A stretch of 52,582 nucleotides of DNA, from positions 1 through 52,582 of IMG/VR virus record IMGVR_UViG_3300042924_001928, one strand, 5' to 3'. Numbering within the stretch: the first letter of the stretch is position 1; each line of letters opens with the position of its first letter. Shown here in pieces: positions 10,193 through 18,147 of the stretch. The stretch comes from a virus. Its lineage: Duplodnaviria; Caudoviricetes. The position numbers and the translations under genes are program-made. A model generated the notes under the pieces. That model was not told where the DNA came from. It saw only the letters and a program-made list of their open reading frames with translations, and ran no database searches.

Positions 10193-10211
10193 ATTTTAAG
10201 CTGAAATTGAT
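10193..10211 (-). promoter_or_regulatory. Candidate -10 (TAAAAT) with an overlapping degenerate operator upstream of terS
   Basis: + strand TTTAA-GCTGAAA-TTGAT at 10195-10211, one mismatch from the TTYAA-N7-TTRAA sites; no good -35. Confidence 0.45.
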
Positions 10212-10230
10212 GCTGTTGGGTAGTTGCGCC

Positions 10231-10419
10231 CTATAGCTCTTCGGTGATTCGGATTCTCACCTTCACCAGTTTTGAGTCCGGCTGGGGCCAAGTTTCCATC
10301 CATTTCATGGCGTCGGATTTTGTCCGGAAGGATCGGTATGGGAATCCCAGGGTTGGATCGGCCTTCACGTAGGAGCCTGCCCTGGTTCTGATCATCCAGA
10401 TGGCCTTCGGGGTTCTCAC
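10231..10419 (-). CDS. Hypothetical protein
   Basis: Likely GTG start at 10419 (GTGA overlap with upstream stop), 62 aa. Confidence 0.55.
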   Translation of the reverse strand: MRTPKAIWMIRTRAGSYVKADPTLGFPYRSFRTKSDAMKWMETWPQPDSKLVKVRIRITEEL

Positions 10420-10706
10420 GGGGTTTTCCCCTCCCGGATGGCCTTGGCCACCAGTTTGGCAGCAGCATGGGCGGTGGCTCCCACCTCTACCCGGCTGTCC
10501 TTGGCCATGGCGAACTCGTACCAGTGCTGGGCGGCAGTTTCGGCGATATCGGCGCACCGCTCCCGCGTTCTCTCGGCCACGATGTTCGCAAACTCCTGAA
10601 GCTGCGCCTCGTGTCCAGCACGTTTGGACGCCCACTTTATCGGCATACCCAGAGAGTTGATTATCTCAAAAAGCTCTTGGGGGTGAAAAAATGGTTCGCG
10701 GCTCAT
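10416..10706 (-). CDS. Hypothetical protein
   Basis: 96 aa in a tightly packed operon; AERTRERCADIAE helix typical of small phage ORFs. Confidence 0.65.
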   Translation of the reverse strand: MSREPFFHPQELFEIINSLGMPIKWASKRAGHEAQLQEFANIVAERTRERCADIAETAAQHWYEFAMAKDSRVEVGATAHAAAKLVAKAIREGKTP

Positions 10707-10708
10707 TG

Positions 10709-11029
10709 CTAACCCTCTCTGGCATCAAGCATGGCGTCCGCAATGCGGTACGAAGCCTCCGCAAGGTCGTCCATGGTTGAGTCCCCATATTGGGCATCTC
10801 TCCCCGCGGCAAGCAACCCGTTCATGGCTTTAGCTGCAAAGTGGTCGCGCAGTTCTTTGCGCTCAGACTTGGCAAGAGCTTTGCGGAGGGCGATGATTTC
10901 ATCCCACAGACAGCCCTCATCTTCGATTTGCTTCAAGTTTCTTTGAAATCCTGATTCCAGGTCGACCTGAACAAGCTGTTCTTCTAATTTTTCTAAGGCC
11001 CTCTCCGCGGCTTGTCGTAAGTTGCTCAT
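10709..11029 (-). CDS. Hypothetical phage protein (LRDxFAAKAM motif)
   Basis: LRDHFAAKAMNGLLA...SYRIADAMLDAR is a recurrent small-phage-protein motif. Confidence 0.75.
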   Translation of the reverse strand: MSNLRQAAERALEKLEEQLVQVDLESGFQRNLKQIEDEGCLWDEIIALRKALAKSERKELRDHFAAKAMNGLLAAGRDAQYGDSTMDDLAEASYRIADAMLDAREG

Positions 11030-11844
11030 GCTGATGTCCTTTCTCCGGTCAATTCACGGTCGGGCACATAGTCGTGGACGATGAACCCGTTTTCGATTTT
11101 TCCTACCCACATCTCGGGTATCCACGTGAACCCGCCAGACCGCAGGCGCCTCATGTGTGCCCTGCGCTTATGTCTGGCTGGGCTGGCATGCGTACCGCCC
11201 TTGTGAGGCTGCTTTACCTGCGGCTCAGGCTTCAGTTCGATCGTGTTCCATGAGTACACCAGCGGCTCGCGCTTGGCCCTGCGCTTGCGGTTGATGAACT
11301 CCATGCCCTTAGCCATGTGAGCGGTGACCACCTGCTCGGTGGTGTGCGCTCTCAGGTTGACCAAACAGGCGTAGTTCACGGCGCTGATGCAGGCGTCCTC
11401 GTACAGTTGCAGGGCATCACGCTCGGCCATGCCGCCTTTAACTGCGGCTTGCATGAGCTTCTGGTGCACGACCACATTGGTGCCCTCTGGAGCGTCATCT
11501 TCGCTGCCGACCACCTTCACCCGCTTCTCAGTGACGATCACCATGGGGCTGTTGAACCCATCATTCGTCCACAGCATGGCGGCCGCGCCTTCATACCCGC
11601 CGAACTTGATGTACTTGTCGTAGGTGAAGGCGATTTCCGGCCACGCGGGCTGGATGATGGCCATGTGGTCAGACGGCGTCAGGAACTCGTTGAGGTGGCG
11701 CATCTCCGTGTCCCAGCCATGCTGGCGGCCGATCTTCGTAAGCTCCTCCTCGGCGCCGTCGTCCAATTCAGCGAAGTCGAACCACGTGTAATCGGCGGCG
11801 TCAAAACCCACCTTTGATGCAAGATCTGCTACTCGGGGATTCAT
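11026..11844 (-). CDS. Hypothetical protein with a His/Arg-rich C-terminal motif
   Basis: 272 aa, AGGAG RBS; C-terminal GGTHASPARHKRRAHMRRLRSG..WI...VG. Confidence 0.75.
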   Translation of the reverse strand: MNPRVADLASKVGFDAADYTWFDFAELDDGAEEELTKIGRQHGWDTEMRHLNEFLTPSDHMAIIQPAWPEIAFTYDKYIKFGGYEGAAAMLWTNDGFNSPMVIVTEKRVKVVGSEDDAPEGTNVVVHQKLMQAAVKGGMAERDALQLYEDACISAVNYACLVNLRAHTTEQVVTAHMAKGMEFINRKRRAKREPLVYSWNTIELKPEPQVKQPHKGGTHASPARHKRRAHMRRLRSGGFTWIPEMWVGKIENGFIVHDYVPDRELTGERTSA

Positions 11845-11853
11845 GTTCTGCTC

Positions 11854-12084
11854 CTAGTCTTCTTCGCTCTCTTTGCTTCTGTCCCTGATGAAGTCAGCGC
11901 AATCCCAACAGCCTTCGTCGTACTGGTCATGGCTGCCGTTGTTGTTTATCAAAAATTCACAGATCTGAGCGCACTGCTCCCGCTCATACTCGGCCGCCTT
12001 CGTGGCCAACATCACGATGAACTCGTCCACGTGTATGCCCCGCGGGATCTGCTCAATCAAGGCCGCCACCTCTTCCCTGGTCAT
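11854..12084 (-). CDS. Hypothetical protein
   Basis: ATG at 12084 (ATGA overlap); AEYEREQCAQICE motif. Confidence 0.65.
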   Translation of the reverse strand: MTREEVAALIEQIPRGIHVDEFIVMLATKAAEYEREQCAQICEFLINNNGSHDQYDEGCWDCADFIRDRSKESEED

Positions 12085-12341
12085 ACCTTCCCCGCTTTCG
12101 TTGGCCATTCGGCCCAAATGATGGGGTTACCGACCACGTCTTCCCGCTGGCTGACGATGTCCAAAAAGTCGTAGACATCGACCTGCACCGGCGTGATGGC
12201 CTCCTCGTCTTTGCGATCGAGGTAGAAGTGAGCCAGATAGTCGATCACCTGGACGTAGGTCATGCTGATCCCGGTGCCCTGCTTGAGGCGGTTCTGGATC
12301 ATCTCGATCTCCGGGGTGATGGGTAGCGTCACGCGCTTCAT
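12081..12341 (-). CDS. Hypothetical protein, possible ribbon-helix-helix-like N-terminus
   Basis: ATG at 12341 (ATGA overlap); MKRVTLPITPEIEMIQNRLK..MTYVQVIDYL. Confidence 0.6.
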   Translation of the reverse strand: MKRVTLPITPEIEMIQNRLKQGTGISMTYVQVIDYLAHFYLDRKDEEAITPVQVDVYDFLDIVSQREDVVGNPIIWAEWPTKAGKV

Positions 12342-12532
12342 TTCTGGGCCCTTTCGTTTGATTTGCGGGCGTGCTTGGCGCACCGGACGAGGTACTTGCC
12401 CCAGAACTCCTGCTCGGAGGCCCTTATTTCGATCGACAAGGCCCTGAACTGGTCGAGGTGGTCCCTCACTACCTCCGCGGGGAATCCAGCCTCGTAAAGG
12501 AGCATTAAAAGGGTTTCGTCGTCGTTGATCAT
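12338..12532 (-). CDS. Hypothetical protein
   Basis: 64 aa, coupled to the downstream gene. Confidence 0.55.
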   Translation of the reverse strand: MINDDETLLMLLYEAGFPAEVVRDHLDQFRALSIEIRASEQEFWGKYLVRCAKHARKSNERAQK

Positions 12533-12539
12533 GCAGCCC

Positions 12540-12559
12540 CCGTTGAACGTCCGTTGAAC
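12540..12559. repeat. Isolated copy of the origin iteron
   Basis: CCGTTGAACGTCCGTTG at 12540-12556 is identical to 17771-17787. Confidence 0.8.
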
Positions 12560-12568
12560 AGACGCTGA

Positions 12569-12763
12569 TCAGGCGTTGTGGTCCAGCACGCGCTGGATGG
12601 CTGCGATCATCTCGCGGGCCTGATCTTTGGTCAGTGTGCAGCGGGCGCTGCCACCACGGACTTGCAGGGAGAGCCAGATGTCGTCATCGAACTGGTCGAT
12701 GAACACGCACTCGCCATGCTCGGTGGTTTCGATACGGGTGTTGAGTTCTACGGCTGCGGTCAT
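12569..12763 (-). CDS. Hypothetical protein
   Basis: 64 aa, GGAGG RBS. Confidence 0.7.
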   Translation of the reverse strand: MTAAVELNTRIETTEHGECVFIDQFDDDIWLSLQVRGGSARCTLTKDQAREMIAAIQRVLDHNA

Positions 12764-12765
12764 GA

Positions 12766-13029
12766 TTACTTGCCCTCCATGTGATTGAAGATCTCTTCCT
12801 GGATATCGCGCTCGATGCGGTCATTGAGCTTGCGCTCCAGCCACTTGGCACGGTAACCCTTGCGGTCCAGCAGGATGTAGTCGCCATAGCCACCCTCGGA
12901 CGGGTAGCAGTACTCGGGAGGCCCGCTGATGTAGGCGGGCACGTAGGCTTCGTAGTCGGTCACGCCGATGATGCAGGGGATGCCTGCGACGTAGGTCTCG
13001 ATCTCGGCGATGCAGCGGTTGCGGTCCAT
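12766..13029 (-). CDS. Hypothetical protein
   Basis: 87 aa, GAAAGGA RBS, first gene after a repeated promoter. Confidence 0.75.
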   Translation of the reverse strand: MDRNRCIAEIETYVAGIPCIIGVTDYEAYVPAYISGPPEYCYPSEGGYGDYILLDRKGYRAKWLERKLNDRIERDIQEEIFNHMEGK

Positions 13030-13033
13030 GATG

Positions 13034-13101
13034 TTCCTTTCGTTAAACCTGCTCTGTTGCAGTGGTTAGAAGTTTAACACGAAATTGAAGTGGGCCTGCA
13101 A
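13034..13101 (-). promoter_or_regulatory. Early promoter unit 1 (TTGCAG-19-TAAACT, operator, leader hairpin, RBS)
   Basis: Near-repeat of 13602-13669 and 14910-14976; operator at 13073-13089, hairpin at 13049-13062. Confidence 0.75.
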
Positions 13102-13128
13102 GTGTTTTTTCTCACAGGCCCGTCTCGA

Positions 13129-13596
13129 TCAGAACTCGGGGTTCATGCGGCTGATATGGCCAGCCACCAGGGACCACATGCCACCGTTGAGCCACAGACC
13201 CCTGTTGCCCTGGCGGTAGAACTTGCGGCCGGTGTCGGTGGTGATCAGCTTCATGGTCTTGCTGATGCTGGTGATCCTGCCGCAGGGGTAGTAGTCGCCG
13301 TTGAATGCGTAGGACACCTCGTCGCCCACAGCAGGGGCCTCGATCACGTCGAAGCGGGGATAGCAACCCTCACCAGCGTCGGTGGCGATGTAGGTGCGAC
13401 CGGTAAGGCGGGTGGCGCTGTCGGCGATCTGTTGCGCCAGCATCATGCTGTCGAAGTCGTTGCGGTTGGCCCAGCCGGTGCCGTGCGTGCCATCAGTCTT
13501 GGCCCACCATGCGTCGGGATTGCCGACGGCATCCTCAGGGAGCTTGCCGGAGATGGCGGTGACTTCGAGGGCGGCGTTGATGTTGAAGTAGTTCAT
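13129..13596 (-). CDS. Hypothetical protein
   Basis: 155 aa, GAAAGGA RBS, directly after promoter unit 2. Confidence 0.75.
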   Translation of the reverse strand: MNYFNINAALEVTAISGKLPEDAVGNPDAWWAKTDGTHGTGWANRNDFDSMMLAQQIADSATRLTGRTYIATDAGEGCYPRFDVIEAPAVGDEVSYAFNGDYYPCGRITSISKTMKLITTDTGRKFYRQGNRGLWLNGGMWSLVAGHISRMNPEF

Positions 13597-13601
13597 GTCA
13601 T

Positions 13602-13669
13602 TTCCTTTCAGTGAACCTGCTCGATTGCAGTGATTGGGAGTTTAACACAAAATTGAAGTGGGGGATCAA
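13602..13669 (-). promoter_or_regulatory. Early promoter unit 2 (TTGATC-19-TAAACT, operator, leader hairpin, RBS)
   Basis: Operator at 13641-13657, hairpin at 13617-13630. Confidence 0.75.
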
Positions 13670-13867
13670 CTAGGTGCTTTCCCTAGTGTTCTGATCCACC
13701 ACCTCTTTGAGCGCCTTGATGGCCCGCTCCAGAGCTTCGATGTCTTCGGTCACGCCGTACTTGACGTCGAAGTGGTCATCCACCCAAGAGTTCATCTCCT
13801 CCACACTACGCTTGACCTTACGGGCAGCGAATACGGCCAGCATGATGGCTTGGTTGATGTCAGTCAT
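13670..13867 (-). CDS. Hypothetical helical protein
   Basis: ATG at 13867 (MTDINQA) with GAGGA RBS. Confidence 0.6.
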   Translation of the reverse strand: MTDINQAIMLAVFAARKVKRSVEEMNSWVDDHFDVKYGVTEDIEALERAIKALKEVVDQNTREST

Positions 13868-14018
13868 GGCGGCGGTCCTCGTCGAGCAGCAGCCCCGCGG
13901 CAGCGAGCAGGGCGCCAAAGATCAGCATGGGCATCTGGAGGTCCAGGTTGTTCTCCAGCACGGTAAGGGAAATGGCCACCATCACGGTGCCCACGATCAT
14001 CATCACGGCTTCTTTCAT
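13860..14018 (-). CDS. Small two-TM membrane protein (52 aa)
   Basis: Not in the ORF track. MKEAVMMIVGTVMVAISLTVL...MLIFGALLAAAGLLLDEDRRHD; GGAGG RBS; fills the gap between neighbours. Confidence 0.65.
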   Translation of the reverse strand: MKEAVMMIVGTVMVAISLTVLENNLDLQMPMLIFGALLAAAGLLLDEDRRHD

Positions 14019-14019
14019 T

Positions 14020-14322
14020 TCAAGCCTCCGCCATCATGTCGGCCCACTCAGAGCCCATGGCGTCGGCCACATAGTCGTAGCTGCCTTTGGTGCCCTCTTG
14101 CACGTCGTCTCGACCAGGGATGGTGTTGCCGTAGTAGTCGCGTGCGCGGCTCTTGCCCAGCATGCAGCGGCCGCTCTCGATGGCCTCCATCATGGTGCGG
14201 CCGTACGAGCCCTGAAGGCCCCACATGCCGCTGTTGATGGTTCGCTGTATGGCCAGGAAGTACTCCTCCTCAGTGGCCTCCTCGTCGCACTCGATGATAT
14301 TGATGTCGTTCAGTGTCAGCAT
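14020..14322 (-). CDS. Hypothetical protein
   Basis: ATG at 14322 with GGAG RBS; WGLQGSYGRTMMEAIESG motif. Confidence 0.75.
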   Translation of the reverse strand: MLTLNDINIIECDEEATEEEYFLAIQRTINSGMWGLQGSYGRTMMEAIESGRCMLGKSRARDYYGNTIPGRDDVQEGTKGSYDYVADAMGSEWADMMAEA

Positions 14323-14338
14323 GATGTTCTCCGATGAT

Positions 14339-14354
14339 GGGGGCCGAAGCCCCC
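14339..14354 (-). other. C(UUCG)G hairpin without a U-tract
   Basis: Minus strand GGGGGC-TTCG-GCCCCC, intergenic, followed by ATCATC. Confidence 0.65.
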
Positions 14355-14360
14355 GGTTGA

Positions 14361-14573
14361 TTACTTGGCAAGCATTCGCTTGCATTCGTCACAGTCGCAT
14401 GGCTCGACTGAGTCCTTGATGTCTGCACGCAACTCTTTCATCGAGTCGTATGCGTAGGTGTGACATAAGGCCATCGGGTCATGGTTGAACTTCCATCCAC
14501 CAGGAAGGTTGAGGATGAAGACGCCGGGTTCATCGGTGTCGACATCTCGGGCCACGTTGAGCTTGTATTTCAT
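14361..14573 (-). CDS. Hypothetical protein with a C-terminal CxCxxC
   Basis: ATG at 14573 with AGGAGG RBS. Confidence 0.7.
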   Translation of the reverse strand: MKYKLNVARDVDTDEPGVFILNLPGGWKFNHDPMALCHTYAYDSMKELRADIKDSVEPCDCDECKRMLAK

Positions 14574-14586
14574 CGCGGCCTCCTGA

Positions 14587-14904
14587 TTACTTCTTGGGGC
14601 TGACGCGAACGTCGGCACGGCCTTCCTTGCGGAAGGTGTCGAGTACTTCTTCGGTGATGCCGTAGGCCACGCAGAGCTTGTTGTAGTCCACGGTGCCAGC
14701 AACTGAAACCAGTTGCACAGAGACGCTGTGCAGTTCGCCCTTGTGCTCGCCTTCGCCGTACTTGTTGGCGATATCGGCCTTGAGCTTTTTGATCTGATCG
14801 GCCAGCTTCTTGGCTTGCTGGTCCAGCACGTAGAGTGCGTCGATGTCAGAGGAGAGGCTTGCGACTGCGGAGACTGCGTCGAGAGTTGCGATGTTGTTGT
14901 CCAT
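14587..14904 (-). CDS. Hypothetical coiled-coil protein
   Basis: ATG at 14904 with GAAAGG RBS, first gene after promoter unit 3. Confidence 0.75.
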   Translation of the reverse strand: MDNNIATLDAVSAVASLSSDIDALYVLDQQAKKLADQIKKLKADIANKYGEGEHKGELHSVSVQLVSVAGTVDYNKLCVAYGITEEVLDTFRKEGRADVRVSPKK

Positions 14905-14909
14905 GTTGA

Positions 14910-14976
14910 TCACCTTTCTGTAAACCGGCTCGATTGCCGTAAGACAGATTTCAACATGAAATTAAAGTCGCTGCAA
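14910..14976 (-). promoter_or_regulatory. Early promoter unit 3 (TTGCAG-17-TGAAAT, operator, leader hairpin, RBS)
   Basis: Operator at 14950-14966, hairpin at 14926-14939. Confidence 0.7.
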
Positions 14977-14996
14977 TACCCCTTGTTGCAATTCCC

Positions 14997-15275
14997 CTAC
15001 TTTTTTGAGGGGATTAGCAGTTCGAGGGTGTCGGCCAGGATGTCTAGCTCCCCTACGCTGTGACGCTTGAAATCGTCCCGGGTGCCGTGCCATCCTTTAC
15101 TGCCGGTGTGGTGGTGCTCGCACAGAGGGATCACCAGCCAGTCGCTCTGGCGTTGCGCCATTCCAACACCGGCCCTCGGATGATGTAGCTGGGCGGGCGT
15201 CCCGGGATATCCCAGGCGCCTGCACATGCCGCAGCCCAGATCGGCCACGGCGTTCTTCCACTGCTTGATGTTCAC
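14997..15275 (-). CDS. Ref/DUF968-like Zn-binding HNH-type nuclease
   Basis: GCGMC...AQLHH...GMAQRQSD..VIPLCEHHH.G..G.H. Confidence 0.7.
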   Translation of the reverse strand: MNIKQWKNAVADLGCGMCRRLGYPGTPAQLHHPRAGVGMAQRQSDWLVIPLCEHHHTGSKGWHGTRDDFKRHSVGELDILADTLELLIPSKK

Positions 15276-15616
15276 TGAGCCCCTCGGTCAATCATGCGAT
15301 TGCTGGCCTCCATGGACCGCCAGACGTCGATTCGGGCCTGGGCTGCCACCATGAGCCACCGCAGGCGTTCTTCTTCCTCTACGGCCGATTTGATGGCCAG
15401 CAGGTGTGCTTTGTAGTTGGGGTCCGCATATGCCTCGCGCTCCTGCGCGTTGACGGCTTCAAACCCATGGGCCAGGGCGGTCTTGCATAGCTCGGCCTTC
15501 ATGGTCTTGCGGTACTCCTCCACGTAGATCCGGTTGGCTCTGGCCTGCGCGTACTTCTTGCTGTTGGCGATCATGAAGTCGATCGCTTCGTTGGGGTCAA
15601 TGATTTTCTCGGACAT
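15272..15616 (-). CDS. Helical hypothetical protein
   Basis: 114 aa; AQEREAYADPNY and IDVWRSMEASNR motifs; in the recombination gene block. Confidence 0.75.
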   Translation of the reverse strand: MSEKIIDPNEAIDFMIANSKKYAQARANRIYVEEYRKTMKAELCKTALAHGFEAVNAQEREAYADPNYKAHLLAIKSAVEEEERLRWLMVAAQARIDVWRSMEASNRMIDRGAQ

Positions 15617-15619
15617 GTC

Positions 15620-16099
15620 TCAGCTTTCTGAAATGATGTGAACACCCTTCGGGGGCTTTTCTCCCACTACGCGACGTAACCGCCTTTGAACGGCCGCCTC
15701 GGCGTCGTAGTACTGGCTGTGGGTGAGTCCAGCCAAAACGTCTGCATACGCTGCTCGCAGATCCATCAGTACCGTTACCTCATCGGCATACAGCGCCTTG
15801 GTGCCGCGCTGCCTCGTTCGATCGAGGATCGATATCACGGTCTGCTGCAAGTCATCAATCATGTTGTCTTCATCGCTGGCCACACGCATGCGGACCAGTT
15901 CTTCAAGCATGTTGATGGCGTTGAAAATTGCTTGCCATCCTTGCTTGTCGATGTTGCCCTCACGGGCCTTATTCACAGCGATGTCGACAGGAAATACAAA
16001 CCGGAGCACGTCATCGACGGTTAGCTTAGCGGCGCCTTGCATCGCCATCATGTAGGCCATCGGATTGACGGGCCTCGGTTTGTACTTCTTCTTTTTCAC
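15620..16099 (-). CDS. Hypothetical protein
   Basis: 159 aa, GTG start, basic N-terminus KKKKYKPRPVNP. Confidence 0.7.
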   Translation of the reverse strand: MKKKKYKPRPVNPMAYMMAMQGAAKLTVDDVLRFVFPVDIAVNKAREGNIDKQGWQAIFNAINMLEELVRMRVASDEDNMIDDLQQTVISILDRTRQRGTKALYADEVTVLMDLRAAYADVLAGLTHSQYYDAEAAVQRRLRRVVGEKPPKGVHIISES

Positions 16100-16102
16100 G
16101 TC

Positions 16103-16309
16103 TCACCGAATCGAGTACGGGCAGTAGCTGGTGAAGATGCGGGTCGTGGTGTACGAGCACGCATAGTCCACGCAATAGGTGCCGATGTATCGAGCGCCTT
16201 GCTGGGTGCTCACAAAATCACAGGAAACCAACGTACCAGCACGCGCAAACGCCAACGGAGCAGCAAAGACGCTCGTGGCGGCAATCAGTACAGCAATCAA
16301 GGTTTTCAT
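16103..16309 (-). CDS. Small exported protein with four Cys
   Basis: Sec-type signal MKTLIAVLIAATSVFAAPLAFA, then about 46 aa with 4 Cys. Confidence 0.65.
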   Translation of the reverse strand: MKTLIAVLIAATSVFAAPLAFARAGTLVSCDFVSTQQGARYIGTYCVDYACSYTTTRIFTSYCPYSIR

Positions 16310-16683
16310 CACTCTTCTCCTCTTTCGATCTCAACGATCATGGCTCCCGGCTTTTTTCCGAACCTTCGGAAGACTTGCACGGGCTGAAACTGAAAGTCAT
16401 CGACCTTCAGGGCTTGCGCGACACCGTCCAGCGCAGACTTCGCTGCGGACAGACAGTTGTCGGCATCTCGCTTACGCTTGTCCGGCATCAAAAAGGTCAC
16501 CGTTACGCGCAGATCTTTGGTGGTCGGCTCCCAGTTCTTTGCCTGGAGCTTGGTCAGCAGAAAGCTCGACGTCACTGCTTCGGTTTTGGCCTTGTACATC
16601 GACCCCCAGTGCTTGCCCTTGGTTCGATTGGGGAACAGTTCTGGGCTGGGGAAGGCCAAGTGGATTGTGAATACGCTCTTCAT
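16309..16683 (-). CDS. rusA: RusA-family Holliday junction resolvase
   Basis: PDKRKRDADNCLSAAKSALDGVAQALKVDD carries the RusA acidic and Lys catalytic pattern. Confidence 0.85.
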   Translation of the reverse strand: MKSVFTIHLAFPSPELFPNRTKGKHWGSMYKAKTEAVTSSFLLTKLQAKNWEPTTKDLRVTVTFLMPDKRKRDADNCLSAAKSALDGVAQALKVDDFQFQPVQVFRRFGKKPGAMIVEIERGEE

Positions 16684-16694
16684 TCATTCGCTTC

Positions 16695-16955
16695 CTAAGA
16701 TCGGCCAAAGCGGCGGAGCCACGAATACGCTCTAAATCCTCGCAAATCTTCGACCACCACTGTCTCGCCCCACTGGCTCCAAGTTGTTTTGTCTTCTCGT
16801 GGTATCGGCGTATCCAGTCCCTCGCCTCGCACTGCCTCTGCCATTCCAAGGTCTCCGGTGAGATGGAGGGCGGCATTGATTTGGGCCAGACTAATGCTGG
16901 ACCCATTCCCTTCCCGGACCTTGTTGAGGATTGCTTGCGCTTCAATCTTCGTCAT
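16695..16955 (-). CDS. Hypothetical protein; an overlapping frame may also code
   Basis: 86 aa, ATG overlapping the end of the upstream gene. Confidence 0.5.
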   Translation of the reverse strand: MTKIEAQAILNKVREGNGSSISLAQINAALHLTGDLGMAEAVRGEGLDTPIPREDKTTWSQWGETVVVEDLRGFRAYSWLRRFGRS

Positions 16956-17352
16956 CCCGATGCCTTAGCGCGTCGCGCCAGAGTTGTTTTTGAACGATGC
17001 TGATCCTTTCACCAGCCTCTTCTTTCGCTTTCAGCTTGTAAGCCCAGCTTCGGTCTAATCCACGATCACCGCGGGCAAAAGACTTGAAGTCTGCAAGGGC
17101 CTTACGTCTCTCCTCTGAGAGCGCACCTCCCTGAGACTTGGCCTCAGGCTTTGACGGCGTCTTACCCATGCGAAGCTCGCTGGTGATCCGCGGCCAATCG
17201 ACGGGCTCAGAGTAGTGATGCCACCGGCACAGCTTGCCCTTGGCGTCATTGATGATCCAGCGGTTTGGACATCCACTGGCTTGGCACATGGTCTGCTGGA
17301 CCTCAGAGTCCTGGGCGTCGACCACTTTGACGTCTGCTTTTACGAAGCTCAT
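16942..17352 (-). CDS. Zn-finger-like protein downstream of the initiator
   Basis: ATG at 17352 (ATGA overlap); CQASGC...LCRWHH; occupies the position of lambdoid P/loader genes. Confidence 0.7.
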   Translation of the reverse strand: MSFVKADVKVVDAQDSEVQQTMCQASGCPNRWIINDAKGKLCRWHHYSEPVDWPRITSELRMGKTPSKPEAKSQGGALSEERRKALADFKSFARGDRGLDRSWAYKLKAKEEAGERISIVQKQLWRDALRHRDDED

Positions 17353-18116
17353 TTTTGGTACTTCCCATCGATGATCTTGGCAAAGTTCGCCGGGTTGACG
17401 ATCCATTCGAGGTCAGGACGCCACACACGGCCGTTGGACTCGAACCCCTGCGCCAGCTTAGTCTCGTTGGCCACGTAGGCAAAGAACCCATCCCACCACT
17501 CAAGGCCCGCGGCGCGGGTTTTGTAGCCGTTAGGGCTGTAGCTGGATGGTTTGGCTGCCTGTACCCACCTAGCCCTCAAATGAGCCGCTCTGGTGCCCTC
17601 CCAGACCCTTGGCTGCGGCAGATGCTCCAGGTGTTTCCTGTACAGATTCAAAATCTCCTGCTGCGGGCAGGGCGGGAACGGAGTTCCCGACAAAGAAGCG
17701 TTAGCTTCTTCTATCTGGTTCTTGGTTATTGGTTCTTGGTTCTTGGTTGGTTGAACGTCCGTTGCGATATCCGTTGAACGTCCGTTGGAACGGGCGTTGG
17801 CTCTGCGTTCAGCGGATGCCTTACCGGCCTTGGACGCCTGCTCAACCTTTGATCGATAGTGGCCAATCTCCGCCTCAATGCGCGAGTGCCACCAGCCAGC
17901 GTCGGACTTCTCAAAAAACTCGTTGAGCACGTCTCGGATCGTGGCCAGATGCTCCCGCATGCGAATCAGGCGGCCGATGTCGTTCACGTCCAGCGGCAGG
18001 GGCTTTTCGTGCAGGTAGCACCAGTCGAGCATGCGCCGGTAGGCGATGTCCTCCAGGGGCTCCAAATGCCCAGTGTGGGACTGATAGTCCCCTATGTTGA
18101 ACAGGTAGTAATGCAT
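17349..18116 (-). CDS. Replication initiator, YdaU/DUF1376-type (lambda O-like organisation)
   Basis: MHYYLFNIGDYQSHTGHL..LEDIAYRRMLDWCY..EKPLP; internal iterons; C-terminal WRPDLEWIV...NFAKIIDGKY; alternative ATG at 18137. Confidence 0.85.
   Translation of the reverse strand: MHYYLFNIGDYQSHTGHLEPLEDIAYRRMLDWCYLHEKPLPLDVNDIGRLIRMREHLATIRDVLNEFFEKSDAGWWHSRIEAEIGHYRSKVEQASKAGKASAERRANARSNGRSTDIATDVQPTKNQEPITKNQIEEANASLSGTPFPPCPQQEILNLYRKHLEHLPQPRVWEGTRAAHLRARWVQAAKPSSYSPNGYKTRAAGLEWWDGFFAYVANETKLAQGFESNGRVWRPDLEWIVNPANFAKIIDGKYQK
17716..17800. repeat. Probable replication origin: iterons plus a 7-bp tandem tract
   Basis: GTTGAACGTCCGTTG at 17750-17764 and 17773-17787, plus a degenerate third copy; TTGGTTC/TTGGTTA tandem units at 17716-17750; inside the initiator gene as in lambdoid phages. 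Confidence 0.75.
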
Positions 18117-18147
18117 TCCCTCATCCCAATCTCCCATCCCAAAAGGA

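Noticed and set aside
10420-10635. N-terminal extension of the ORF-track call 10231..10635
   Set aside because: It overlaps gene 10416..10706; a GTG start at 10419 gives a normal 4-bp overlap
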